64,000 nt of DNA from the human T2T-CHM13v2.0 reference genome, Homo sapiens (GCF_009914755.1 NC_060926.1), one strand, 5' to 3'. Counted from the first letter of the stretch, positions 1-14,089 are shown. Numbers and translations are program-made. Notes: generated by a model not told the origin, from the letters alone.

Positions 1-689
1 TCCTTAGCCAGAATCCTCAACATTTGGACAGCTTTAGTAAGGAAGAGGCATTTCTCTGGTTTGCAGAGGTTCTTCTTACTTCTTTTTTAGGAAAGGAGGT
101 ACATATTTGTTTTCTAACGGAAATGAAAGATAACTTCAAGAGGTGTTACTTGTAAAAACAAACAAACAAACAAAAAACTTAGTGACAGTATTCATTTGAG
201 ATTTGAAGAGACCCTGAGGGATCATAAAGTTTTTAAGGCAATAATTTACTAATACTTTTCCAGATAACTTTTCTTTTCTCTGCTCGTGTTCCTCAGCATT
301 AGTTAGAAATACACAGAAAATAAGTTTCTCTGTGTGTATTTGTGTGCATTTGTGGCGAGAGAGAGAGAAAGAGATATTTCTATTTCTGACTAGTGTCTGG
401 TCTTTATAATCAATTTTCATTTTGGACAACTGAATCCTCACTGCTCTTTTTTCTTGCCCTTTTTCTCTAAAGATGAAAAAGATTGGCCAAGGAAGGTCCA
501 ATTATTTTCCCCCATGCTCATCCTTTTCCTTATCCAAGTGCATTTGTTTCAGGGACAAATCACCTTGTTAAGTCTATGTGCATGTGTTATCTGCTCAAGT
601 AGAATCTTGATTTGATTAATGTGCGTATTTGCTCTGTGCCTACCATATTCCTTGGCAATAGCTGGTAATCAGTTTATACCTCTTTAACT

Positions 690-790
690 TATTTAGTCAA
701 CTAATATTTATTGAACACTTAGTATATGCTGACTGTGTTATGATAGTTGCTGGAGGCTACAATGTGAATAAGATAAAGCTTCAGAAAAGA
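690..790 (-). mobile_element. L2 LINE 3' end fragment
   Basis: Degenerate 'tttattgaacacttagtatatgct...gtgaataagataaag' matches the L2 3' terminus motif; boundaries approximate. Confidence 0.55.
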
Positions 791-849
791 CAGGGTTTAT
801 AGACTAATTAGAGCACTAAATGTGTTATAAATTTAAAGTTGAACATTGA

Positions 850-1010
850 TGAGGTACTTTATAAAGTTGTTTCATGTATATTATTTCTTGTGATATTCAC
901 AACTACCTTGTAATGTTAGTAAAGCAGATACAATTCTCATTTTATGGATGAGGAAAGACTCAGAGATTAACTTCACTCGTGATGTCAGAACTGGAATAAA
1001 GATTTAGTTT
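850..1010 (-). mobile_element. MIR SINE
   Basis: MIR core 'ctcattttatggatgaggaaagactcagaga'. Confidence 0.65.
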
Positions 1011-1039
1011 TTCTTTTTGTCTAAAAATTTCCTCTACAA

Positions 1040-1364
1040 GTTTTTTGTTGTTATTGTTGTTGTTGTTGTTTTATTTTTTTTTGAAGGAGTCTTACACTGT
1101 TTCCTGGGCTGGAGTGCAGTGGCATAATCTTGGCTCACTGAAACCTCTGCCTCTTGGGTTTAAGTGATTCTCCTGCCTCAGCCTCCCAAGTAGCTGGGAT
1201 TACAGGCAACTGCCACCACGCCCGGCTAATTTTTTGTGTGTTTCTAGTAGAGATGGGGTTTCACCATGTTGGCCAGGCTGGTCTCGAACTCCTGATCTCA
1301 AGTGATCTGCCCACCTCAGTCTCCCACAGTGCTGGGATTACAGGCGTGAGGCACTGTGACCAGC
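1040..1364 (-). mobile_element. AluS (Sx/Sz-like) with (TTG)n-derived tail
   Basis: Full dimeric Alu in reverse complement; 'ttggccaggctggtctcgaactcctgatctcaagtgatc'. Confidence 0.95.
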
Positions 1365-1369
1365 TCCCG

Positions 1370-2185
1370 TCTTAATCTCCTACCTTCCCATTACCCTTCC
1401 AGGCCTCTGACAACTTTCATTCTATTCTCTATCTCCATGAGTTCTTTTTTTTTTTTTTTTAATCTCCCACATAAAAATGAAAACATATTTGTCTTTCTGT
1501 GTTTGGTTAATTTCACTTGAGTTCTTCCAATTCCATCTGTGTTGTTGCAAATGACAGGACTTGATTCTTTCTATGGCTGAATGATATTCCATTGTATATA
1601 TATACCACATTTTCTGAATCCATTCATTTGTTGATGGACATAGGTTGATTCTGAGTCTTTCCTATTGTGAACAGAGCTGCAATAAGCATGGGAGTGCAGG
1701 TATCTCTTCTACATATTGGATTCACTTCTTTTGGGTATGTACCTAGCAGTGGGATTGCTGGATCCTATGGTAGTTCTGTGGTTAGTTTTTGGAGGAACCT
1801 CTGTACCGTTTTCCATAGTGGCTGTATTAATTTACATCCACACAATGAATAAGAATTTTCCTTTCTTCACACCCTTGCTAGCATTTGTCTTTTCAGTAAT
1901 AGCCAATCTAACTGAGATGAGATGATATCTCATTGTAGTTTAGATTTGCATTTGTCTGGTGATTAATGATGTGGAAGAGTTTTTCACATACCTGTTGCCC
2001 TCTGTAGGTCATCTTTTGAGAAATGTCCACTCAGATCTTTTGCCAATTTTTAAATCAGATTATTTGTTTTCTACCTACCGAGTTGTTTGAGCTCCTTATA
2101 TATTCTGGTTATTAATTCCCTGTCAGATGAGTAGTTTGCACATATTTTCTCTCGTTCTGTGGGGTTTCTCTTCACCTTGTTGATA
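1370..2185 (-). mobile_element. L1MA-type LINE-1 3' region
   Basis: L1 3'UTR/ORF2-end motifs 'cctagcagtgggattgctggatc' and 'gagatgatatctcattgtag'; ORF 1422-1610 'MWYIYTMEYHSAI' is the ORF2p C-terminus. Confidence 0.9.
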
Positions 2186-2321
2186 TTAGTTATTTTAATT
2201 ACCAGAAAAGATAATGATATTACCTATAGAGGTTATATAGAGAATATACTTTTTTCAGACATAGTTATTTAAAATAACTTCTATTTTAAAGGTAAACTAA
2301 TATCATAATAAAAATTTTTAA

Positions 2322-2682
<361 letters not shown>

Positions 2683-2729
2683 AGCTAAAAGTTTTTAAAT
2701 TATTTTTTGAAATTACCTTCATTAAAGTC

Positions 2730-2835
2730 TAATACACAAATAATAAAACTCACTCCTTTACGGGGTACAATCCCATGAGTCTTAACAAATGTCTGCACCC
2801 ATCTAACCATATCTCAAATCAATGTATAAAACATT
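2730..2835 (-). mobile_element. old L1M 3' end fragment
   Basis: 'aaactcactcctttacggggtacaatcccatgagtcttaacaaatg' resembles L1MC/L1ME 3' termini. Confidence 0.5.
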
Positions 2836-3325
2836 GGAAACAGATTTTAATCTTTGAGTTTTTTCACTCTACTCACTTAGACTTGAACTCAATCCTTGAA
2901 TGTAGGATTACGGGGACCCTATGGAACCATGGATCGGGGAGTGGTGGTTGACTCCATGCAGCCAGGCTGACCCAATTTCACTCTGGCACTTCCCTTTCAA
3001 ACTGCCCATAGGGCAAGCCCCGCTACCCCAAAGCCCGTTGGATAGATGTGACAAGGCAATCTAGTAGAAGGGCAGGATGCCATTTTTATCCTTAATACTT
3101 CCAGGCAAGCAATGCTTTCATTAATCTTTTCTTGGTGCATGCTACATCTCTGGTTTCCTTCTTTCTTAGTTTCTCACTCTTTCACATACTACCAATCAGG
3201 CAAAGCATCTCTTTTATCTGAATAAACCGTTGGTTATTTATTGCTTAAAGGAAGGTGAACTTTCTTGTTTTTAATCTTTTTCTGTTTGAAGATACATATT
3301 ACATATAATTTTAGAAGGGGAACAT

Positions 3326-3510
3326 TTGTGTGGGGTGGGGGGAGGGGGGAGGGATAGCATTAGGAGATATACGTAATGTAAATGACGAGTTAATGGGTGC
3401 AGCACACCGACATGGCACATGTATACATATGTAACAAACCTGCACGTTGTGCACATGTACCCTAGAACTTAAAGTATAATAAAAAATATTAAAACATTTA
3501 AAAAATAATA
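3326..3510 (+). mobile_element. 5'-truncated young L1PA (L1PA3-5-like) 3' end
   Basis: Near-consensus 'gggatagcattaggagatatac..aatgtaaatgacgagttaatgggtgcagcacacc...gaacttaaagtataataaaaa'; TSD-like ataattttagaa(g/a)ggg at 3305 and 3511. Confidence 0.95.
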
Positions 3511-4309
3511 ATAATTTTAGAAAGGGAAACCACAGGTAATTGGGATGATATTTCTGCCAAATATAAAAGAAAGTATATCTGTAGGCAGGAGGTTTAGAAC
3601 ATAAATGCTGACCTACCATTAGGAAACTGTTCAGCAAATTATTCCTCTGTGAAAATGGGAATTATAGCCCTTTACAAGAGATGTCAAACAAAAATAATGT
3701 GCAATTCAGATTAGATGACTCACAAAGAAAAATTTTCTGCAAACCAAAGGAAGTCAACCAGGAACAAATAGCATTTCTATAATAGTATTATTTGTCACTT
3801 AAGGAAGCAACGTGAAAGTTTTCTGTGTCCTTCCCTCTGTGTGAAAGGAAGATATTTCTGTTTTTGAAAATATCCAGAGCTGGATGTTGATGAAAAGCAA
3901 ATGAGGAAAACATTGAATGTCATGAACATTCACAACACAGCACAGAAAGTGATTGTTATTTATTCTGAAACTGGGCATGGAAAATTCACACATGAAGCAT
4001 GAAAATAAAAGGCCTTTTGCTCTTTTATAAAATATACTAAGCCCTCCAAGGAATCATTTCCAAAGATATGTCAAGCTGTGGACTGAGCAATTGGAAAGAG
4101 AATTAGGAGACTAAACATAGCAGAAGCAATGTGCTATATTTAAGAGAGATCTTGATATTTTCTGTAAATACCTCTGAGGCAGTAGGGAGAAAGGTCTATT
4201 TGAAAATTGATCATTGCTACTTGAAAAAAATAGAATTTTTCCTTTCAATTATCTACTCGAAATATATTTAACTTATTGTTTTGAAGCTGTGTGATAGACT
4301 CTATTGAAA

Positions 4310-5825
4310 GCTTTAATTTTTATTTATTTGCCTATTTAAATGAACAGATACAATTGCACATGTTTACCATATGTGGCATATTGTTTTGAAGTATATGCAC
4401 ATTGTAGAGTGACTGAATCTAGTTAATTAACATATGCATTACTTTCTATAGTTATTTTTGTGGTAAGAACACTTTACATTGACTCTTAGCATTTTTTAAA
4501 AGTACGATACCTTATTAGTTATGGTCACCATGTTGTACTATAGATCTCTTGAATTTATTCCTCCTAACTAAAATTTTGTATTCTTTCAGCAACATCTTCC
4601 CAAACCTCCCTTTCAACCACCCAAACCACCACAGCCCCTAGTAACACCCATTCTTCTCTCTACCTCCATGAGATCAGCTGTTTAAGATTCCACATATAAG
4701 TGAGATCATGCAATATGTCTTTCTGTACCAGGCTTCCTTCATTTAACATAATATCCTCCAGATTTATCCATGTTGTCTCAAATGACAAGGTTTCCTCCTG
4801 TTTTTGAAAGGCTGTATAGTATTCTATTGTGTATACAAAACACATTTTCTTAATTCATTTATTTACTGATGAACACTTAGCTTGATTCCCTGTCTTGGCT
4901 GTTGCAAATAATGCAGCAATAAACGTGGCAGTACAGATCTCTCTTTTCATACTTATTTCATTTCGTTTGGATATATGTCCCATAGTAGGATTGGTAAATC
5001 ATATGATAGATCTTCTTGTAAAAAAAAATTTTTTTTTTTTTGAGACAGAGTCTTGCTCTGCCACAAAGGCTGGGGTGGAGTGGGCAATCTCAGCTCACTA
5101 CAACCTCAGCCACCTTTCTTTAAACAATTCTCCCACCTCAGCCTCCTGAGTAGCTTGGATTACAGGCCCCCACCACCACACCCAGATAATTTTTGTATTT
5201 TTAGTAGAGATGAGGTTTCACCATATTGGCCAGGCTGGTCTCAAACTTCCAACCTCAGGTGATCAGCTTGCCTTGGCCCCCTAAAGTGCTGGGATTACAG
5301 GCGTGAGCCACCATGCCCGGCCTGCTTGTAATTTTTTGAGAAACCTCTGTACTGTTGTTCATATAGCTGTGCTGATTTACATTCCCCTCCACAGTGTGCC
5401 AGACTTCCCTTTTCTCCACATCCTCTGCAGCACTTGTTATCATTTGTTTTTTTGATAATAGCCATTCTAACAGGGTGAAGTGATATCTCATTATGGTTTT
5501 AATCTGCATTTTTTCATATATCTGTTGGCCATTTTTATGTCATCTTTTGAGAAATGTACTTCGCCCATTTTAAAAATTGGTTATTTGTTTTCTTGCTGTT
5601 TAGTTGTTTGTATTCCTTACGTATTTTGGATATTAACCCCTTATCAGATGTAGAGTTTGCAAATATTTTCTCCCATTCTTTAGGTTTTCTCTTCACTCTA
5701 TTGATTCCTTTGCTGTGAAGAAGCATTTTAGTTTGATGTAATTCCATTTGTCTACTTTTGCTTTTGTTACCTGTGCTTTTGGGGTCATATCCAAAAAAAA
5801 AATCATTGCCCAGACCAATGTCATA
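4310..5825 (-). mobile_element. L1MA (L1MA8/9-like) 3' region, interrupted by an Alu
   Basis: L1MA 3'UTR 'ggtcaccatgttgtactatagatctcttgaa' and ORF2 end; ORF 5535-5747 has ORF2p-like 'EWEKIFAN'. Confidence 0.9.
5028..5322 (-). mobile_element. AluS (Sx-like)
   Basis: Dimeric Alu with poly-T tail, nested in L1MA. Confidence 0.93.
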
Positions 5826-5864
5826 GTGATAGCTTTAACTTTTAAATGCAGTATAGGAAAATCA

Positions 5865-6030
5865 TAGATATGTATACATATATATATATTTATATCTGTA
5901 TATATCTATACACACACACAAACACATAAGTATATGTATACATACACATGTATAAGTGTATAAATATGTATATATACACACATATATAAATATATAAATA
6001 TATATTATATAGAGAGAAAGAAAGAAAGAG
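5865..6030. repeat. (TA)/(CA)/(GAAA) low-complexity repeat
   Basis: Directly visible alternating dinucleotide tract. Confidence 0.85.
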
Positions 6031-6139
6031 GTCTAAGAAGCCATTATTGAAAGAAATAGGATGCTTGTGTTGTTGAAAATGAGCACTATATCTTCATTTC
6101 ATTATTCTTAGTATCTCCTTTTCCATCTTTCTAATTTCA

Positions 6140-6524
<385 letters not shown>

Positions 6525-6759
6525 TTATTGGGTAACTGAGGTTGATCTTTGTCGGCCTTCCAGCCTGTGCACTCCCTCCTATTTTGGTACTATTTTGCAC
6601 AGAGAGTAGGGGCTCAACAAGGTACATAATTTGATGTGTTCTTCCATATTAACTTGCTTTCCCAGTCTTTATAGATCTTTACAAAAACATTTTTCAATGT
6701 TTCTCCACTATCTTTAAACTTACTACTTCTTCCCATCTCTTTTTGTAGAGATAGACAAT

Positions 6760-6915
6760 CTCATTTTTCATGTCACAGAGAAAACAGAAATCACAAAACT
6801 GGAGCTCCCTCTATTCTTGCCTAAAAATTCTAAAAGCTTTCCTGAATCCACACCTGCCTGACAGTTACCACCACTCCCATTCCAATAAGTGAGGCCTCCC
6901 TCTCCTCTCTACTGA
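6760..6915 (+). mobile_element. L2 internal fragment
   Basis: 'tcacagagaaaacagaaatcacaaaactggagctccct...cctgaatccacacc' resembles L2 ORF2 consensus. Confidence 0.5.
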
Positions 6916-6920
6916 GATCT

Positions 6921-7989
6921 GATGTAGCCAAACTAAATACAATCAGGTGAGAAATTCTTCTTCATTTTAAAATTAGCATATAAGAGCTCATCTTACAGCA
7001 TAGTAAGACTTAATCAAAGTAACTCTGAGACCTTCACCATCCAACTGGCGTAACCAGTAGAGCTAACCACTAGAGAACACACGGCCTAGTGAGTGAACCT
7101 CAAGGAAACCACAGAGCAAGACTGAGATTGTGAGCAAGCATGGGAAAGTGGCATTATAATACTACTGGCTAGAAACTTGTGCTGCAGGAAATCAGCCCAT
7201 TTGGGGCTGCCATGGGCAGAGTGTTGTGTGTGTGGAATTTTGGGGGTGCCTCATAGGTGCATCCTGGAGTTGGGACATGCATAAAGATCAAGACAGGTGC
7301 CTGCTGCTCTGGAGCATTCCGTAAGCAGGACAAGAAGAACAGGTAACATGTAGGCAGCCTTTGATCCTGTTATTTGGGATGGCTAGGATTCATGGGTTTC
7401 CCTTGGGTCCGGTGGACACAGTAAAACACAGCTGGTTCCTTCCCCCAGGAGGATGGTCTGCCAGCATAAGGAGAACTCAGCACGGAAGGCCGTGGGGTGT
7501 ACTTCCAAATAACATCAACTCAGGTGGGGGAATGACAGGATAATGTAAAGCAATCACATCAGCCATATCAAGGAATTGTACAGGGGAGAGCGTCTAAAGG
7601 GCTTCCCAAGGAAACCCAATCCTGGAGCCCCTGAAAAAGCAAGACTTTGAACACCTTTCCCAAAGGAAAATCAAGCATGCAGCATAGACTCTAACATCTG
7701 GACAAGTAAGCAGAAAAGGATCTCCTCTTTCTTATCCTTTGGAGGAGATAGAAGTAGAAGAACTAAAGAATAAAGACAGAGGGAGAAGGAATTCTTCACA
7801 AAAGTACATATACCTGACTGTGATGTAAGTAGCATATGGACACCTGAACCAGATCACTCTTTAACACCATCTTCCACGTGAAAAGATATTTTTGGTAACA
7901 ATCTTGAAAAAAATTGTTATAGCAAGAAAATGAATGCAGACTATTAAAATTTTCTTTTATTGAACTTCATATATAAAATCATGCCAACA
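6921..7989. mobile_element. possible ancient LTR-like element (unclassified)
   Basis: ~1.07 kb block, more GC-rich than its flanks, starting TG where the L2 stops and ending near CA; family not recognised. Confidence 0.25.
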
Positions 7990-8009
7990 AAAACGAAAAC
8001 AAAACAAAC

Positions 8010-8140
8010 TACTTATAGGGTTCTATGCTCAATACCAGGGTGATGAGATTCATACTCCAAACCTCAGCATTGTGCAATATTCCCATGTAACAAATCTGCA
8101 CTTGTACCCTTGTATCTAAAATAAAAGTTGAAATTTTATA
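8010..8140 (+). mobile_element. L1PA15/16 or L1PB 3' terminal fragment
   Basis: 'ccaaacctcagcattgtgcaatattcccatgtaacaaatctgcacttgtacccttgtatctaaaataaaagttg'. Confidence 0.88.
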
Positions 8141-9887
8141 AAATTAAATAAATTTTAAATTAATATTAAGATACAAAAAAGAAAAAAGTAATGAATTCTT
8201 TTAATTACACTGCTATATTTTAAAAAAACCCTATGCTAATATAGTAGTCTATCAGAGTACTGAATAATGATATTACAGTTTCTATTTTATCCAAATTTGT
8301 CAATAGTTGTTAAAATTGTTTGTTGCATATCTATGCTTATATCTGGTTGATGCACACATTTTAATCATTTTAATTATGAAATGTTTCTTTCACATGAAGT
8401 GACAGATCTAAAAATAGTTAACAAAAGTCTTAATTATAAGGGTAAGTTTGGCAGAAATTCATAAAAATTTCATTTCATAATAAGTTCCAGAAATAGCATG
8501 CTATTTAGGTCTTTATTTCTTTAGAGTTGATTCTAGAGGCAATCAAATATCTCTGTAGTTAAAACATTTCCACTAAAGTATCTTCACCAGAAAATTCATC
8601 ATGCACTTCTGTTTTATTTGGAAAAAACTTCTAAATTTTCTTTCTTCTGCAGAAATCAGAGAAAATGCCTGAATGATTGGTAACATTGAGTTTACTTGAT
8701 TCATTGACTTAGAACATGTCCAGTTCTTTGTGAAAATGACCAAGGCATTCAAATGTTGACTTTTTGAAATCTCTGGCAAGGCAAGAACATCATCTTTTGT
8801 CTTTTCTCCTGTCAGTCTTTTTTAAGTTAGATATTTTTTCTCTATATAAATTGCATTTCATTACATTTTTTGTTGCATAATCAATGGCATTCTTCACAAG
8901 GAACCATTTTAAAGACTAGCGTATCACTACACATTGTTCACATTTGATTCTGGCTGTTTGCAAATTTGTGTCTGATTAGTCTCATCTAAAACTTCACATT
9001 AAAAAGAAAACTCAGAAAAGAAAAATTGCAAACATCTATCACTGTTTATTCTGAATATCCTATTTTTACCCAAGAATATGTAGGGATTGACAACATGAAC
9101 TGTGCTTAAACAAGCTCCAGCTTTACTAACTTTACTAACTCCTTTTTGAAGTGAATGTGTATAACAGGCTGTGTATGGTGGGGTAGACTCTATAACTGAA
9201 AGTTCCCCAAATTAGCTTCTGTGTAGAATACATGTTTATTAAAGGGAAAGTAAGAAAACTGTGCTTATGTGGAGCTCACATGTACATTACTAAAACTCAG
9301 CAATAACCCTAGTAGTTGTTTAAAAGATGGAGCAACAGAAGGTTTTTCAGAGGCAGGAGTATTTCCTGGATGACATTGTTTAAAATTTCCTATTTATGGT
9401 GATAATAATAACAATAAAAAAACAAATTTAAGTTTTATGGCTATTCAATACAATGGTTACAAACACCATGCTGTTTTCTAGAGATGCAAAATATTTTCTA
9501 ATCTGATATCAATTATCCTTCACTCACAAAGTGTAAAATAATGTCAAAAATTAAAATACATAAATAATGTTGAGCCAAAGGTTAGTCTCCTCATTTTAAT
9601 TCCATGCTATTAAATCATGATATTGTTTTCTATTGAGAAGATAAAAAGCTTTATAGTTCTTTAGGGTCAGAATTAAAAATAAAAGGGAAAAGTAGGTTCT
9701 GTGTCTGTCATTGACTGAGTGTGTATTTTTAAATAATGGATCATATGATTTGTGCATGTACCTGACAGAGAAAAGAGAGAAGAAGCAAGCTTAGTTGACC
9801 AATTGATTGATTTATAGGTAAATATTATACATTTTTATAATAGTTACCAAATAAAAAATCCCTAACCATGGCCAGTTAAAAGATGGC

Positions 9888-10345
9888 TGTGCTGTTTACT
9901 GTCCATTTTCTGTCCCTTGTTCCCAAGATTACCATCCTGCTCAATGCCCCAAGGAGACTGACCCCTAAGAACCACCTTATCAAGATCCCCTGCTCCCTGT
10001 GTCCTATTGTGGGCAACAAATGGAAGATGCTGGCAGGAGATCGAAGTGCAGGAGTGGGAGAGTTTGGAGTGCACCATCTGCCTTCTGCGGTGGCGGTGTC
10101 TCTCTCTGACTGTTCCAACACCTGTCAGGCAGCTTGCTCTTTGTTAGAGTTTTCTCTCCCACCTCCTCCTCAGACCTATGGGTGGTAAGGGCTTCCTGCC
10201 CTTGTGAGTGCTGGAGAAGCTCAGCATTTCTTGTTGCTTTTCTTGTCCTTGCACACAACTCTGTCAATATTCTTTTCATTAAGTTTGAGTCAATCTCAGC
10301 CGAAAGCATCTTCTGTCTCCTGTTGGGACTCAGTAATGAATGCAA
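9888..10345 (+). mobile_element. LTR33 (ERVL) solo LTR
   Basis: 'cctgctcaatgccccaaggagactgacc', 'ggcaggagatcgaagtgcaggag' and 'ctcagacctatgggtggtaagggcttcc' match LTR33. Confidence 0.75.
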
Positions 10346-10464
10346 TACCTTTGTCACCCTTTCAGAGACCCCTCTGGGAAGCTCCTGATCTACATGGTTA
10401 TGGGTCTCCCAGTCACAGTTATTCTGTCTGCCCCTCAATCAACTACATTTCTGTCTGGGTCCTT

Positions 10465-10625
10465 GGACATGATAAACTTTGAACTTCAATTTTCTTGTCT
10501 GTGCAGTGGAAAAAGTGACATGTATTCAGCAACAAAGATTAAATGAGATAATGCATGTAGACACATCTATCAGAATGCCTGGTATATCACAGGCACTGAA
10601 GAAAACCTGGCTAGTCTTATTACCA
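10465..10625 (+). mobile_element. MIR SINE
   Basis: 'gattaaatgagataatgcatgta...atgcctggtata'. Confidence 0.7.
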
Positions 10626-10859
10626 TAGAGAATCCAGAAGAACCATCCTCATTATGTCATATTGTCCTCAGTTTGAAATCCCCTACTTTATTTCTCTGTT
10701 TAGAGTCTAAGCGACCACTGCCCCTACAGGGACCACACTTTTTATACCTTGTTCTTACCTCTTTGGAATTGACGTACACAGAATTGGTTTACCTATAAAT
10801 TACACGGTCATGACAGTCTCTTCATTTGGTGAAAACATGGCCCCTTTTTATTTATTCAC

Positions 10860-11745
10860 TCAGTTATATTTAATAGTATAACAAACACCCTCAAGCCCAC
10901 CACTCAAATAAAAACTAAGTTTTTGATGTAACTTACCAAATCTTCTAATCCGTCTGCCTCCACCCATCTGATACAAACATCATTTTAAATTTTATTCCTT
11001 TGCTTCCATTTTTGTCTAGTTTAATTACATCTATAGATACTTCTTAAAAAGTAAGTATATTTTTATTTTAGTTGTTTTTAATTCGTAAAATGGTATGTGG
11101 TATGTAATTTTTGACCTTTTGATATTCATTTTTTCAACTATTATTTTTCTAAGATTTCCTCATGTTGTTCCAGGTTGTTATAGTTCATTCAATTTGGCCA
11201 TTATCTAGTATTCTACTGTGTGAATAGTTTAATTCGTTCACTCTGTTTTGATAGACACTTGGTAGGTCTCCAGGTTTTTGCTGTAGTGAGCAATGCTGAT
11301 ACTGATGTTCTTCTGTTGATTTCTATTGATTTTCAGCAGGTTTCTCTTTGGTTATTTCTAGGAGTGAAATTGTTGAGCCTTAGGTACATGAAAGTTGAAC
11401 TTTAGGAGATAATGCCATATTGTTTTTCTAAGTGTCTTCTAATAGCAATGCACAGTAGATTTTTGTGGTTCAGAATTCTATTCAACTTTGGTTTTACTAG
11501 ACTTAAAATTTGCCAATTGAATGGTACCAACTTGTATCTCATAAAATGATGACCCATCATTGCAGTTGTAATGTCCTTTTTAACTTATGGTATTAAACGT
11601 CTTTTTACTTTTTTCTTAGCCTAGTAGGGCTTTTTTCTGTGTATGCAATTATTTTCTCATCTATCTTTCCCCCTTTTTTACTGGGTTATCTATGGTTTTT
11701 AAACTGTTTTTGGAATTCTCTATATATTCATTTTAAACCATTCTA
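10860..11745 (-). mobile_element. L1ME-type 3' region
   Basis: Degenerate L1 3' motifs 'ctaggagtgaaattgttg' and 'caggtttttgctgtagtgagcaatgctg'. Confidence 0.65.
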
Positions 11746-11759
11746 TAATAATAATTATA

Positions 11760-13671
11760 TTTTTCTATTTATTTTAGATTCAGGAAATATATATGCAAGT
11801 TTGTTACATAGGTACATCACGTGACACTGTGGTTTGGGATATGAATGATCCCATCACTTAGATAGTGTGCCAATACCCAACAGTTTGCTTTTCTAACCCT
11901 TGCTCTCATCCCTCTTTCTCTGCCCAGTAGTCCCCAGTGTCTATTGTTGCCATCTTTATGTCCATGAGTATCCGATGCTCTGCTCTCACTTACAAGAGAG
12001 AACATCAAGTATTTGGTTTTCTGTTCCTGCATTAATTCCCTTAAGATCATGGCCTTCAGCTGCATCCATGTTGCTGCAAAGGACATGATTTCATTCTCTT
12101 TATGGTTGTGTAGTATTCCATGTGTATATGTAACACATTTTCCGTATCCAATTCAATGTTGACGGGCATCTAGATTGATTCCATGTCTTTGCTATTGTGA
12201 GTAGTGCTGCAAAGAACATATGTGTGCATGTGTCTTTTTGGTAGAATAACTTATTTTCTTTTGGAGATATACCCAGTATTGGGATTGCTGGATTGAATGG
12301 TAGTTCTGTTTTAAGTTCTTTGAGGAATCTCCAAACTGCTTTCCACAGTGGATGAACTTACATTCTCACCAATGATGTATAAGCATTCCCTTTTCTCCAC
12401 AGCCTTGCCAACGCCTGTTATTTTTTAACTTTTTATTACCAGCCATTCTGATTGGTGTGAGATGGTATCTCATTGTGGTTTTAATTTGCATTTTTCCGAT
12501 GGTTAGTGATATTGAGCATTTCTTATATGTTTGTTGGTCACATGTATGTCTTCTTTTGAGAAGTGTCTGTTCATGTCTTTGTCCACTTTTTAATGGAGCT
12601 ATTTGTTTTTTGTTTGTTGAGTTGTTAAAGTTTCTTACAGATTCTGGATATTAGGCATTTGTCAGATGCACAGTTTTGAATTTTTTTCTATTCTGTAGAT
12701 TTTCTGTTTACTCTGTTGATAGTTTCTTTTGTTTTGAAGAAGCTCTTTTGTTTAATTAGGTCATATTTGTCAATTTCTGTTTTTTGTTGCAATTACTTTT
12801 GAGGACTCAATCATCAATTATTTCCTAAGGCTGATGTCCAGAATGGTATTTCCTAGGTTTTCTTCTAGGATTCTTATAGTGTGAGGTTGCACATCTAAAT
12901 CTTCAATGTATCCTGAGTTATTTTTTGTGTATGGTGAAAGGTAGGGGTCCAGTTTCTTTCTTCTGCATATTGCTAGCTTGTTATTTCAACATCATTTATA
13001 GAATAGGGAGTCCTTTTCCTATTGCTTATTTTTGTTCACTTTTTCAAAGAGTAGATGGTTGTAGGGATGCACCTTTATTTGTGAGTTCTCTGTTCTGTTC
13101 CATTAGCCTATATTTTTGTATTGGGTTGTACCAGTACCATTCCGTTTTGATTACTGTAACGTTTTATATAGTTTGAAGCCAGGTAATGTGATGCCACCAG
13201 CTTTGTTCTTTTTGCTTGGGATTGCTTTGGTTATTCAAGCTCTTGTTCTGTTCCATATGAACTTTACAATATTTTTTTTCTAATTCTGTGAAAAATGATA
13301 TTGATAGTTTGATAGGCATGGCATTGAATCTATAGATTTCTTTGAGCATTATGGTCATTTTCATGATATTGATTCTTCCAATTCATTAGCATGGAGTATT
13401 TTTCTATTTGTTTGTGTCATTTATTATTTCTTTCAACAGTGTTTTGTAAGTTTTCTTGTGAAGATCTTTCACCCCCTTGGCTTGATGTATTCCTAGGTAT
13501 TTTATTCTTCTTGTGGCTATTGTGAATGGGATTGTGTTCTTGATTTGGCTTTCAGCTTGAACATTACTGTTGTATAGAAATACTGCTAATTTTTGTATAT
13601 CAGTTTTGTATCCTGAAATTTACTGTCATTTATTAGTTCCAACAGCCTTTTGGTGGAGTCTTTAGATTTTC
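11760..13671 (-). mobile_element. L1PA15/16-like 3'UTR and ORF2 3' half
   Basis: 3' end 'ttttagattcagg...atgcaagtttgttacatagg'; ORFs 11817-12086 and 13164-13364 translate to ORF2p-like peptides. Confidence 0.93.
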
Positions 13672-14079
13672 ATTTCTGGGATAAAATGTTGGTTCAACAT
13701 ATGCAAATCAATAAATGTGGCCACCACATAAACAAACAGTATTTAAAACAAATACCCTATGATTATCTCAATAGATGTGAAAAAAGCCTCCTATAACATT
13801 CAACGTTCCTTCATGATAAAAACCCTCACCAAACTAGGCATTGAAGAGACATATCTCAAAATAATAGGAGCCAACTATGACAAACCCACAACCAATATCA
13901 TAATGAATGAGCAAAATCTGTAAGTATTCCCCTTGAGTACCCGAATAAGACAAGGATGTCCACTCTTCCCACTCCTATTCAACATAGTACTGGACTTCCT
14001 AGCCAGAGCAATCAAGCAAGAGAAAGAAATCAAAGGCATACAAATAGGAAATTGAGTCAAACCATCACTCTTTGCTGAC
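13668..14079 (+). mobile_element. inverted L1 ORF2 (RT) segment
   Basis: Sense-strand ORF2 'aagacaaggatgtccactc...ctagccagagcaatcaagcaagag...tttgctgac'. Confidence 0.92.
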
Positions 14080-14089
14080 CTTACCTGAC

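Noticed and set aside
136-501. 121-aa minus-strand ORF in unique sequence
   Set aside because: No recognisable domain, runs through low-complexity tracts, no convincing start or splice context
8636-8686. Plus-strand acceptor with a possible 27-nt microexon
   Set aside because: Weak donor (TTG|GTAACA) and no partner exons
9862-10546. Cluster of overlapping ORFs up to 144 aa
   Set aside because: Almost entirely within LTR33; higher GC lowers stop-codon frequency
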